A stretch of 64,000 bases of DNA from an uncultured bacterium (GTDB lineage: Bacteria; Chloroflexota; Dehalococcoidia; Lucifugimonadales; UBA3495). The notes beneath the pieces are model-generated. The model did no database searches. It had not been told where the DNA came from and worked only from the letters and a program-made list of their open reading frames with translations. This document shows positions 52,439-61,253 of this stretch, piece by piece. The first letter of the stretch is position 1, and each line of letters starts with the position of its first letter. The stretch covers positions 16,536-80,535 of the forward strand of contig CAXEOX010000001.1 in assembly GCA_963997925.1 (NCBI GenBank). Reading direction: 5' to 3'. The position numbers and the translations under genes are program-made.

Positions 52439-52773
52439 ACTTTCTTATCCAATGGGAATCCCCCTGCTCATTCCACACGTATTCAGCCGCCTCGGCACCC
52501 TTCAATTTCCATGCACAAGCCGGCAAAATTATGCTACATGTTTGCCGCTGCCAAGTCAAAGATTATGTACCCTCAAAACACCGAATCTCCAAGGTGATTT
52601 GCCTTCTGGGGTCCCGTCACATCAAAATGCCGACAGCAAGAAATATTGGAGGAAGGATCACTGGTGGGACGCCGGTAGGCCATCGGCCCGATGAGTAATC
52701 TCCGGCCCGGTGTTAGAATAAGCCGGGCTTACGTTCTCGCCTAATCACGTATATCGAATGAAAGGGGTTGTTG

Positions 52774-54396
52774 ATGGCCGAAATGACTGGTGGTCAAGCG
52801 TTGATGAAATCTCTGTACCGGGAGGGTATCCGGGTGATATTCGGATTGCCCGGAGTCCAGCTTTATCACGCGATGGACGCTCTCTACGATGAACCCGGTA
52901 TCAGATTCATAACCACGCGCCACGAGCAAGCCACCGCCTACATGGCCGACGGGTTTTCCCGGGCTGGGGGCGGCATAGGCACTGCATTGATGGTTCCCGG
53001 ACCCGGACTGCTCAACGCTGCGGCCGCCATCGGCACCGCCTACTCGGCGTCGTCGCCGATCCTTGTCCTTTCAGGTCAGATAGAGCGGGACATGATCGGT
53101 GTGAACCGGGGTATGCTTCACGAGGTCGACGACCAGATCGACTGTATCGCACCCATCACCAAGTGGGCCAAGCGCATCCTAGATCCGGCGGAAGTCCCAG
53201 ACGCCGTGCATGAAGCCTTCTTCCATCTTAAAACCGGGCGGCCCAGGCCGGTGGAGATTGAGATACCTCCGGAGACTCTGGCCGAGATAGCGCAAGTGGA
53301 ATTGAGAGAGCCTGAGGAATATCCCCGGCCCGTGGGCACCGCTGAGCAGATCCAACAAGCGGCTCAAACCCTGAGCCAAGCTACCTCGCCCCTTATATGG
53401 GCCGGTGGCGGAGTTATTTCATCCGTCGCTTCCGAAGCACTGGTGCGGGTAGCCGAGCATCTACAAGCTCCGGTTGTGACTACTGCGGAAGGTCGGGGCG
53501 CAATCTCCGACCACCACCACCTGTCCCTGGGCGGCCTAATGTTGCGGAACGACCCGTTGGGCGAAGCTCAGTTCGGCCACGACGTGATTCTCGCCGTGGG
53601 GACCAGGTTGGCGACTCCCCATTTCCTCGGTGGTCAGCGGGTGATTCAGATCGATATCGACCCGGAGGAATTGGGCCGTAACTATGAAAACACCATGGGG
53701 ATTCACGGCGACGCCCGTAGTTCCCTGGAAGAGTTGCACAAAGCCCTATCGGCCGCTGCGCCAGCCCGGCCTGAGGATAAAGAAGCAATCAACAAGCTGA
53801 AGGAATTGAGAGCGGAATCCTCTATCAGGGTGGAGCCTCAAGACTCTCTCATCGCCGCAGTCCGCTCCGCCATGCCCGACGACGGCATACTCATCTCCGG
53901 CATGACCCAACTGGGGTACTACAGCCGGACCTACTTCCCCGTGTATCAGCCCCAGTCCTTCCTTACTTCGTCCTACTTCGGCAACTTGGGCTACGCTTAT
54001 CCCACGGCTCTGGGCGCCAAGGTGGCCCAGCCGGACAAGGCCGTCGTCGCGTTGTCTGGAGACGGTGGGTTCCTGTTCAACTCACAGGAGTTGGCTACCG
54101 CCGTTCAGCACGGAATCAACGCAGTGGTCGTGGTGTTCAACGACAATGCCTACGGCAACGTCCTAAGAGACCAAGTGAACCGGTTCGATGGCCGGGCCAT
54201 CGGCGCCGAACTGCACAACCCTGACTTTGTGAAGCTGGCCGAAGCTTATGGAGCCAGGGGAGTCAGAGCCCACGGGCCGGACGAACTTGAAGCATCGCTA
54301 AAAGAGGCCTTGGGAATAGAAGCCCCAACCCTGATCGAAGTTCCGGTGGGGATGATGCCGTCGCCCTTCGAGCGAGGCCTCAGGAACCCGCGATAG
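52774..54396 (+). CDS. Thiamine-diphosphate-dependent enzyme (acetolactate synthase large-subunit-like / benzoylformate-decarboxylase-like)
   Basis: MTGGQALMKSLYREGIRVIFGLPGVQL...TRHEQATAYMADGFSRAGG...VPGPGLLNAA, with the TPP motif LSGDGGFLFNSQELATAVQHGINAVVVVFNDNAYG. Confidence 0.85.
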   Translation: MAEMTGGQALMKSLYREGIRVIFGLPGVQLYHAMDALYDEPGIRFITTRHEQATAYMADGFSRAGGGIGTALMVPGPGLLNAAAAIGTAYSASSPILVLSGQIERDMIGVNRGMLHEVDDQIDCIAPITKWAKRILDPAEVPDAVHEAFFHLKTGRPRPVEIEIPPETLAEIAQVELREPEEYPRPVGTAEQIQQAAQTLSQATSPLIWAGGGVISSVASEALVRVAEHLQAPVVTTAEGRGAISDHHHLSLGGLMLRNDPLGEAQFGHDVILAVGTRLATPHFLGGQRVIQIDIDPEELGRNYENTMGIHGDARSSLEELHKALSAAAPARPEDKEAINKLKELRAESSIRVEPQDSLIAAVRSAMPDDGILISGMTQLGYYSRTYFPVYQPQSFLTSSYFGNLGYAYPTALGAKVAQPDKAVVALSGDGGFLFNSQELATAVQHGINAVVVVFNDNAYGNVLRDQVNRFDGRAIGAELHNPDFVKLAEAYGARGVRAHGPDELEASLKEALGIEAPTLIEVPVGMMPSPFERGLRNPR

Positions 54397-54466
54397 TTCG
54401 TTTCAAAACCCAGTACTTCAAACCACGGGACGTCAAAACCCAGAAAGGCTAACACCGTTCGTTGTA

Positions 54467-54508
54467 AGCCTGTCGGACCGCTGTTCCGCGGAAGGACCCT
54501 TCGACAGG
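54467..54508. repeat. Intergenic hairpin of the 'CGACAGGCTC' REP-like type
   Basis: GCCTGTCG...(26 nt containing TCCGCGGA)...CGACAGGC. It generates the spurious ORF 54433..54672. Confidence 0.4.
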
Positions 54509-54586
54509 CTCACTGGCGAAGGGGTGAAGCTATCAGACGTTTCCAAGCCCAGATAATCTATAACAAACCCGCCACGCCGACTCAGC

Positions 54587-55204
54587 CTAAAGAACCTGGA
54601 AGTGGGCCTCGGTGGGGGTGCAGTTGACGCCGTTGATGGGGACGACGTCCTGGGGACAGGCGGAGAATGCAACGACGCAGTCCATCTCTGCCCGTAGCGT
54701 AACGTAATCTCCCGGTTTGGACACCGGGGCTACGAATGCCACGCTGCCGTCAGCCGCCACCGGTATGTTCATGAACAAGTTCCAGGGACTGGGCGTCTCC
54801 GGAGGAGTCAGTCCCAACTCAGCCAGAGCGGCCGCCAAGTTGTCGGTGCAATTATCGTGATAGCCCTCGCACCCAAGAAGCTCGTACCGGTACCGGTCAC
54901 AAGCGGCCAATAGGGTGTCGTGGATCCCCGCCGTATCCCCTTCTACCGTAGTGTCTTCGACCAGAGTCAGGATGGGGCGGCGGCGATTGGTGGCCATGCT
55001 GTCTCCCACCCGCGCCATTATCCTGCTGAGAAACGTTCTGGAGTGCTCCATGGACATGAACTCTTTTAGGTCGGCGCGGTTGAAAGCCCAGGTATCGACA
55101 ACCTGCTGCCCGTGGGTGTTAATCACCCGGATCCGCTGACCCGCCTCAAGGAACGCCGCTTTACCGCCCCGCGCCGGGATCGTGACCAATGATGAGCTTG
55201 TCAT
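54587..55204 (-). CDS. DUF1989 protein (urea-carboxylase-associated / aminomethyltransferase-like family)
   Basis: VTIPARGGKAAFLEAGQRIRVINTHGQQVVDTWAF...HDTLLAACD...HDNCTDNL...WNLFMN...KPGDYVTLRAEMDCVVAFSACPQD. I chose the ATG at 55204, outside the upstream repeat. Confidence 0.7.
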   Translation of the reverse strand: MTSSSLVTIPARGGKAAFLEAGQRIRVINTHGQQVVDTWAFNRADLKEFMSMEHSRTFLSRIMARVGDSMATNRRRPILTLVEDTTVEGDTAGIHDTLLAACDRYRYELLGCEGYHDNCTDNLAAALAELGLTPPETPSPWNLFMNIPVAADGSVAFVAPVSKPGDYVTLRAEMDCVVAFSACPQDVVPINGVNCTPTEAHFQVL

Positions 55205-55222
55205 AGCTGATCCTACTTTTTG

Positions 55223-55277
55223 CCACAGAGACACAGAGATACGGAGATTTATTTATTGGCCCTCCGTGTCTCCGTGG
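55223..55277. repeat. Inverted pair of CCACAGAGACACAGAG..CGGAG repeats (REP-like family 3)
   Basis: CCACAGAGACACAGAGATACGGAG, then ATTTATTTATTGGCC, then CTCCGTGTCTCCGTGG. A second inverted pair lies at 60093-60168. Confidence 0.55.
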
Positions 55278-55287
55278 CTATCTCGTC

Positions 55288-56283
55288 TTAACCAACGAAC
55301 TGGGACCATACCGCAGGCAGACGGTCCAGAGCTTCAGAGGGTAGGGGTCCTTTGTCGGCGAACTGGATGGATTGTTCCAGGTGGTCCATGTTGGAGTAGC
55401 CCACCAGGACGGTGGAGACGTTGGGATTGCTCAGGGCGAAGCGCACCGACGCCTCAACAAGATCGTCGGCGAAGCCATCGTCGACCAGGAAGCGGAAACC
55501 CGACGACCTATCGAAGTCCTGCTGGTAGTCCCGGCCAGAGCCGATGGGCGCTACAGTAGGCACGGCCACCGGGTCACGTTCGGCCACCCCGGTGAGGGCT
55601 CCGGCCGCCAACACCCTTATCACTATGACACCCATGCCGGTGGCGTTGGCCCCATCAATCATTTTTTTGTAGTCCGGCATGTCGAAGTCAGGTACGACAT
55701 CCGCCCCCGCTGAGGCATTGATTAGGTTGTATACGGTCTGTATGGAATACAGCGCCCCAGAGTCAACAACCCGATTCAGGGATTCGGGCTCGCCCACTCC
55801 AGTCAGTCCCCAAAAATCGATCTTCCCTTGGGACTTCAGAGTCTCGGTAGCCTCCACCACATCGCCCAGCACATCCTCGACACTCAGCGTACCGGTAGAC
55901 AGGTCCCTTCGAGGAGCGAGCCGATTATGAAGCTGTATCAAGTTCACGTGATCCCGTCCCATTCGGGAGAGACTGGCGTCAACCGAGGCGATGACGCCTC
56001 CCTTTATGTCGGCGTCGTCCTGAGATGTCAGGCGATATTTCGTGCCCACATAGACGTCAGCCTTCAACTCGTTCAAAACCAATCCCAGGTTAGTCTCAGA
56101 CACACCGTCCCCATATTGGGAAGCGGTGTCGAAGTAGTTGATACCAAGCTCCATGGCCCTGGCCACGGCCTTCACTTGGTCGCCGTGCTCTCCCCGTATC
56201 ATGAGGCCGCCTACGTTGCCACAACCGAACCCAATCTCGGATACTTCCAGCCCCGTGCGGCCCAAACTTCTGTATTTCATCAT
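55288..56283 (-). CDS. Aldo/keto reductase
   Basis: MKYRSLGRTGLEVSEIGFGCGN...INYFDTASQYGDGVSE...HVNLIQLH. The start is the ATG at 56283 or 56280. Confidence 0.85.
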   Translation of the reverse strand: MMKYRSLGRTGLEVSEIGFGCGNVGGLMIRGEHGDQVKAVARAMELGINYFDTASQYGDGVSETNLGLVLNELKADVYVGTKYRLTSQDDADIKGGVIASVDASLSRMGRDHVNLIQLHNRLAPRRDLSTGTLSVEDVLGDVVEATETLKSQGKIDFWGLTGVGEPESLNRVVDSGALYSIQTVYNLINASAGADVVPDFDMPDYKKMIDGANATGMGVIVIRVLAAGALTGVAERDPVAVPTVAPIGSGRDYQQDFDRSSGFRFLVDDGFADDLVEASVRFALSNPNVSTVLVGYSNMDHLEQSIQFADKGPLPSEALDRLPAVWSQFVG

Positions 56284-56588
56284 TCTCTCCTAGCTCCGGC
56301 ATTTTCAGTTTAGAACGGGACTTCAGCCGGTTTGATCTAAGCTAGTGATAAATCCGGCACAAGGAATCCAGGTCGTATATTACATTATCTTTAGGAATCC
56401 GGGCGGCGCCGGAATATAGACTGAATGGGCAACACAGCACACGGCGATGATTGACGCCCAGAGCAGGCACGACTACACTGCCTCAGGCTTTACAATACCG
56501 ATGCGCAGGAACAGCCCCGACCTGTCTTGCGAAATAGATGGGAGCGCAGCCAAGGCGAGGTTGCCCCGGAATCGAAAGTACTTAATGG

Positions 56589-57848
56589 GTGGGAATGACT
56601 GACTCACAGGACCAGATATCGGACTATCGATGGGTTGTCATGGGCGTCTGGCTGACCGCCAGCGTCTCAGGGTTCATGATTATGTCGACCCTGGGAATCC
56701 TGTTGCCAGCCATCAGCGAAGATATGGACCTGTCTCCCACCCAACAGGGGTTGCTGGGCTCGGCGGCATTCTGGGGCAATCTGACTTTGGCCATCCCGCT
56801 AAGCTGGTGGACCTCCAGATACGGCCCCAAGATACTGACCACCGTCACCCTGCTATTGGGTACAGGCTTTCTTTTTATGCAGGGCTGGGCGCCGGTGTTC
56901 GCGATCCTGCTTTTCGGCCGGGTGGCTTTTGGAATCACCATCATCGCCAGGCAACCGGCCCGTGCCTTCCTGATGCAGCAATGGTTCCCCCAGCGGGAAG
57001 TTCTTCTAGTCAACAGTATCTCCAACGCCATGTTCGGCCTGGTAGTGGGGGGTGGATTGGCGGCGGCTCCGTTTATCTTGAGCGCGCTGGGGGACGATTG
57101 GCGGACTACCCTGAACCTCTTCGGTGGTCTGTTCGCTGTGTTGAGCATCCTGTGGGTGGCTTTCGGCCGGGAGCGGGTAACCACCGACTTCCGACGCCTG
57201 GTGGAATCACAGGACACTAGCGTCCTCAAGGGTACGTTGCGCCACCGGGATTTGTGGATCAGCGGGTTGGGGTTCGTGGGAGCCACCACGGCGTGGTCGG
57301 CGTTCTTGAGCTTCTTTCCCACCATGATGCTGAACGACCACTATGTTTCATTGCGCTGGTCCGGCAGCATCTTGGCTCTGGGGATCTTCGTGGGCGGCAT
57401 CTCCGGACTGGGCTTCGGGTGGGCAGTCACTGTGACTAATAAGGGCAATCCCATCCTGGTGGGCTTGGGTGCGCTGATGGCGGCATCATTCACCGCCATG
57501 ACGTTAACAGGCAGCATACCGATTCTGATTGTTCTCACATTTCTAAACGGGATCGCTTGGGGTTTCTGGCCCATCCTATATTCGGTTCCGTTCCACCTGC
57601 CGGGCATCAGGCCCAGAGAGTTGGCGATGGGTATAGCGTTCATAATGATGATGAGTTCCATCGGCACTACTCTGGGACCGCTGTTGACGGGCTTGCTGCA
57701 AGAGGCGACCGGGGATCTAAGACTCTCTTTATTACTCGTGAGTATTGGCCCCCTGTCCGTATCGGGAGCCGGAATGTTCTTAAAGGCTACTTCGCCGCCA
57801 AAACGAGAGTCCGTGACTGCAGTCGCCGCTCAGACTTCAGATAACTAA
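56589..57848 (+). CDS. MFS transporter
   Basis: This 419-aa protein has about 12 TM helices, with YRWVVMGVWLTASVSGFMIMSTLGILLP at the N-terminus. The start is GTG 56589 or ATG 56595. Confidence 0.8.
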   Translation: MGMTDSQDQISDYRWVVMGVWLTASVSGFMIMSTLGILLPAISEDMDLSPTQQGLLGSAAFWGNLTLAIPLSWWTSRYGPKILTTVTLLLGTGFLFMQGWAPVFAILLFGRVAFGITIIARQPARAFLMQQWFPQREVLLVNSISNAMFGLVVGGGLAAAPFILSALGDDWRTTLNLFGGLFAVLSILWVAFGRERVTTDFRRLVESQDTSVLKGTLRHRDLWISGLGFVGATTAWSAFLSFFPTMMLNDHYVSLRWSGSILALGIFVGGISGLGFGWAVTVTNKGNPILVGLGALMAASFTAMTLTGSIPILIVLTFLNGIAWGFWPILYSVPFHLPGIRPRELAMGIAFIMMMSSIGTTLGPLLTGLLQEATGDLRLSLLLVSIGPLSVSGAGMFLKATSPPKRESVTAVAAQTSDN

Positions 57849-58049
57849 CCGTCACCGATCCTTGTTTCCGAACGAAAACCTGGATATCTTTGTCGGAAAG
57901 ATCGTGCCGCCTGATTATATGAAGGACCATCACTGGCCAGTGCTAAAATCAAGCTAATCAACGCTTTGGGTGTGGTCTAGCCTTGGCCCCAACCGGTCCG
58001 ATGTGGTACAAACAAACGAAGGAATTCTGGGGAGAGTAAATCAGGAATC

Positions 58050-58370
58050 ATGGTTTTAACCCAACCCATACCGATACAGGCGAGTCAACCGAGACTTTTC
58101 CCAAGACCCACGGGCGACCCCCGGCTGCTTGTACCAGGATGGGGAGGAGACCTATCCCCGGATGAGTTCGATTTCGTTCAGGACGAGTTGATCAGAGATA
58201 AGAAGCTGGCTTACGAATGGGGTTTCCGGCCCAACGCCAAGGGCCGGCCGGAGTGGGCCGTACGGCAAGTAACGCAGTGGGGCCACCCAGACTCCCGCAC
58301 GGCGAATCTCGCCCTGGCCCGACATCCAATGCCCCAATCCGTCCCATCGGAAAACCCGGAGCAAGCTTAA
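58050..58370 (+). CDS. Hypothetical protein (106 aa)
   Basis: This is an ORF only. It has no recognisable motif and a weak RBS. Confidence 0.3.
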   Translation: MVLTQPIPIQASQPRLFPRPTGDPRLLVPGWGGDLSPDEFDFVQDELIRDKKLAYEWGFRPNAKGRPEWAVRQVTQWGHPDSRTANLALARHPMPQSVPSENPEQA

Positions 58371-58592
58371 GGATTCAACGTTACCCTCCGGCTCCATGCG
58401 CCCTCCCATAAATGGTCGGCGGACTTATTGAACTAAGGCAAGATTTAGACCCTTTAAAAGCTTCTCCGCGATCGATTACATCAACATGATGTCTACAGTA
58501 CCTCGGCCTTTAGACGTAGAAACGGGCGATATCGGCTCTAGCAATCCCGAATACCATGTGAGTCTCCTTTAAATCACTTCTTCTCCCAGTCG

Positions 58593-58621
58593 TTGACAGG
58601 CAACAAGAGCCTGTTTACACT
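58593..58621 (+). promoter_or_regulatory. Candidate sigma70-type promoter for the M20 peptidase gene
   Basis: TTGACA (58593-58598), a 17-nt spacer, then TACACT (58616-58621), about 60 nt upstream of the start codon. Confidence 0.45.
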
Positions 58622-58682
58622 CCCCAATGCCTACCAATAGCCAAAGTGTAGTCGGTGGGAATCCCGATTAAGGAGCTTGACC

Positions 58683-60041
58683 ATGCCCGACTTGAAGGAT
58701 CTATTCGCCCAGGTTGATGCCGCGCTGGACGACATCGTGGCTCTGGAGCAAGCCCTAGTCCGGATTCCCTCAGTAAATACCGGAGCAATGCCCACTGGGA
58801 ACGAAACCGCAGTGTGCGATTACGCACGGGAATGGCTGGCCGAGGACGGCATAGAGTCCGAGATTCTTAGCCGGGACCCGGACAGGGGAAACCTGATATC
58901 CCGGATAGAAGGCCGGTCCGGCAGTGCGGGCCTGATGTTCATGTCCCACACCGATGTTGTGCCGGTGGAAGACGAAACCAAGTGGCGGTTCCCTCCCTTC
59001 AGCGCCACCATCTCCGACAACCGAATCTTCGGCAGGGGGGCGTCCGACTGCAAGGGATTGCTCACCGCCCAGATGATGGCCATGCGACTGTTGAAACGGA
59101 ACGGCATCGCATTGGAAGACAGCTTGATTCTGGCATCGGGAGCCGATGAAGAGCACGGAGGACGTTACGGTTTCGGTTGGCTTGCGGAGAACCATCCGGA
59201 AAAGCTGGCAGCTCCCTTCGCAGTCAACGAGGGCGGTGGAGCGCCTATCAAAGCGGCCGGAGCCCTTACCTACGTTCTAGGCGTCGGCGAGAAGGGACGA
59301 CTCCAGATAGAGATCGACGTCAAAGGCGTCAGTTCTCACGCGTCGGTACCCTGGCAGGGCACCAACGCCATGTACCGCTTGAGCCGGGCGCTCAGCAGCA
59401 TCGAGCAGTTCGAACCGGAGTTGGACACCTCCACCGGTCTCTTCGACCACCTTTCCACCTTCGCCATCGAGCACAAGCCTTCCCCGGCAAACATCGAAGA
59501 AATCATCGCCGAGGTTGAACCCGACAACCCGCGTTTCGCTTCCCTGCTGAAGGCTCTGTCGCGCATGACTTTGACCCCCACCATGATTCGGGGCGGCATC
59601 AAATCCAACAGCGTGCCCGAGTCCATACAACTCACCTGCGACGTGAGAACCCTGCCTCATCAGGACGAGCAGTACGTGAGGGAGCAGGTTGAAGCTGTAC
59701 TGGAGGGGATCCCCGGCATCGATTTCGAGATTGACTACATGGCCCAGCCCAACTCTTCAACCTTTGGAACCCCACTGTCCCAAAGCATCCAGTCGGTGAC
59801 GGCCCAAGCATTGGGCCGGGACGACATCCAATGGGTACCGGCCATCAGCAATGGGTTCACCGACTCCCGCTTCACCCGGCCTTTGGGAATCGTAACCTAC
59901 GGATTCACCGGCTCCCATCCCGACGACGACCCCATGCTTACCTTCACCCACGGCACCAACGAGTCGGTGGGCATCAAGAGCTTGGTCAGCGGGACCAAGA
60001 TTATGCTCGGATTGGCCTGCGATATGCTGGCTGTGAAGTAG
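58683..60041 (+). CDS. M20-family metallopeptidase (ArgE/DapE/ACY1/CPG2-like)
   Basis: It has LMFMSHTDVVPVED...PPF...IFGRGASDCKG and ...GADEEHGG.... The ATG at 58683 lies 7 nt after TAAGGAG. Confidence 0.85.
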   Translation: MPDLKDLFAQVDAALDDIVALEQALVRIPSVNTGAMPTGNETAVCDYAREWLAEDGIESEILSRDPDRGNLISRIEGRSGSAGLMFMSHTDVVPVEDETKWRFPPFSATISDNRIFGRGASDCKGLLTAQMMAMRLLKRNGIALEDSLILASGADEEHGGRYGFGWLAENHPEKLAAPFAVNEGGGAPIKAAGALTYVLGVGEKGRLQIEIDVKGVSSHASVPWQGTNAMYRLSRALSSIEQFEPELDTSTGLFDHLSTFAIEHKPSPANIEEIIAEVEPDNPRFASLLKALSRMTLTPTMIRGGIKSNSVPESIQLTCDVRTLPHQDEQYVREQVEAVLEGIPGIDFEIDYMAQPNSSTFGTPLSQSIQSVTAQALGRDDIQWVPAISNGFTDSRFTRPLGIVTYGFTGSHPDDDPMLTFTHGTNESVGIKSLVSGTKIMLGLACDMLAVK

Positions 60042-60092
60042 CTGCAGAGGCGGTCTGCCTCTCGTCGTAACGAGCAAGTAACGACTAAGTAA

Positions 60093-60168
60093 CCACAGAG
60101 GTCGCAGAGACCTCAAAGAGACCAAGTCAATAAATCGATTAGCTCCGTGGCCTCTGTGCTCTCTGTGG
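60093..60168. repeat. Family-3 repeat, second inverted pair
   Basis: CCACAGAGGTCGCAGAGACC... is followed by an AT-rich centre (AGTCAATAAATCGATTAG) and then CTCCGTGGCCTCTGTGCTCTCTGTGG. Confidence 0.55.
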
Positions 60169-60229
60169 TGAATTTCCCGCGACTCTCGAAAACCTTGGAC
60201 CAGCGCAGCATGAAAAGAGGTGGCTAATT

Positions 60230-61165
60230 ATGCCCGGACAGATAGGGGTGCCCTGTGATATAGCTATTCCTCAGGTGTTCCACGACGGCCCGGTGGACAT
60301 GGACCTGGTGCGAAGGCACGTTGAAACGGCGGAGGCAATGGGGTACCACGGTATCTGGGTACAGGAGCGGTTCATCGGCGAAAGCCCGACGCTGGAGGGC
60401 CTTAGTCTACTTTCATATGTAGCCGCGCTCACTAAAAATGTTCGTCTGGGCACCTCGGTTGTGGTTGCGCCCAATCACAACCCGGCGCATCTGGCCAAGC
60501 AGTTCAGCACGATAGATCAGATGAGCCAGGGACGGTTAACCATCGGTTTGGGGCTGGGAGGCCGTCCCCAGAACGATAACTTGATGGGAGGGGCAACTGA
60601 GCGCCGGGTGCGCTACTTCGTGGAAGGCCTTCAGGTGATGAAGGCGTTGTGGCAGGAACCCAAGGCCAACCACCACGGCCACTTCTGGAATTTGGAAGAC
60701 GTGGAGATGGAGCCCAAGCCGGTGCAGAAGCCTCATCCGCCGGTTTGGTTCGGCGGCCGCCATCCCAACGCCCTGATCCGCGCCGTCCGGCACGGGAATG
60801 GCTGGATGGGCGCCGGTTCCTCCAGTACTGAGCAATTCAAGCAGCACGTCGCCACGCTTCAAGAAACTATGGAATCAACCGGACGGGACCCAGCCACGTT
60901 CGCCATCTCCAAAAGGATATACCTGGCGATAGACGACAACGAAGCCCGAGCCGAAGGGAGACTGCGGGAGTGGTTCGGCAGGCACTACGGCAACACCGAC
61001 ATGGGTTCACAAGTTTCGGTCTGGGGAAGCGCGTCCCACTGCGCCGAAGCTTTGGCGGAGATTGTGGACGGCGGCGCCCAGATGCTGATGCTAAATCCGG
61101 TGTTCGACCACATGGAACATTTGGATGGGCTCAAACAAGCACTCAACTTCCCCAATGCGAAATAG
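60230..61165 (+). CDS. LLM-class (luciferase-like) F420-dependent oxidoreductase
   Basis: AEAMGYHGIWVQERF...VRLGTSVVVAPNHNPAHLAKQFSTIDQMSQGRLTIGLGLGG. The RBS is AGAGGTGG. Confidence 0.8.
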   Translation: MPGQIGVPCDIAIPQVFHDGPVDMDLVRRHVETAEAMGYHGIWVQERFIGESPTLEGLSLLSYVAALTKNVRLGTSVVVAPNHNPAHLAKQFSTIDQMSQGRLTIGLGLGGRPQNDNLMGGATERRVRYFVEGLQVMKALWQEPKANHHGHFWNLEDVEMEPKPVQKPHPPVWFGGRHPNALIRAVRHGNGWMGAGSSSTEQFKQHVATLQETMESTGRDPATFAISKRIYLAIDDNEARAEGRLREWFGRHYGNTDMGSQVSVWGSASHCAEALAEIVDGGAQMLMLNPVFDHMEHLDGLKQALNFPNAK

Positions 61166-61253
61166 CTTAACTTTCGCTCGGATTATTGCTTAATATTATC
61201 GTGCGAAATAGCCGTTCCTCTGGCCAGGAATCGGGCAATGATGTCGGATAAAT

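Noticed and set aside
55205-55287. I considered a guanidine-I (ykkC) riboswitch upstream of the DUF1989 gene, because such genes are often ykkC-regulated.
   Set aside because: The leader lacks the conserved CUAGGG / GGUCCGAGAG / ACACGGCGGGA blocks as I remember them. The ACACGGAG-like strings belong to an inverted repeat that recurs at 60093-60168 next to unrelated genes.
19824-60168. I asked whether the recurring palindromes could be a CRISPR array.
   Set aside because: The copies are kilobases apart and belong to several unrelated families. They are single or paired rather than regularly spaced with unique spacers, and no cas genes are present.
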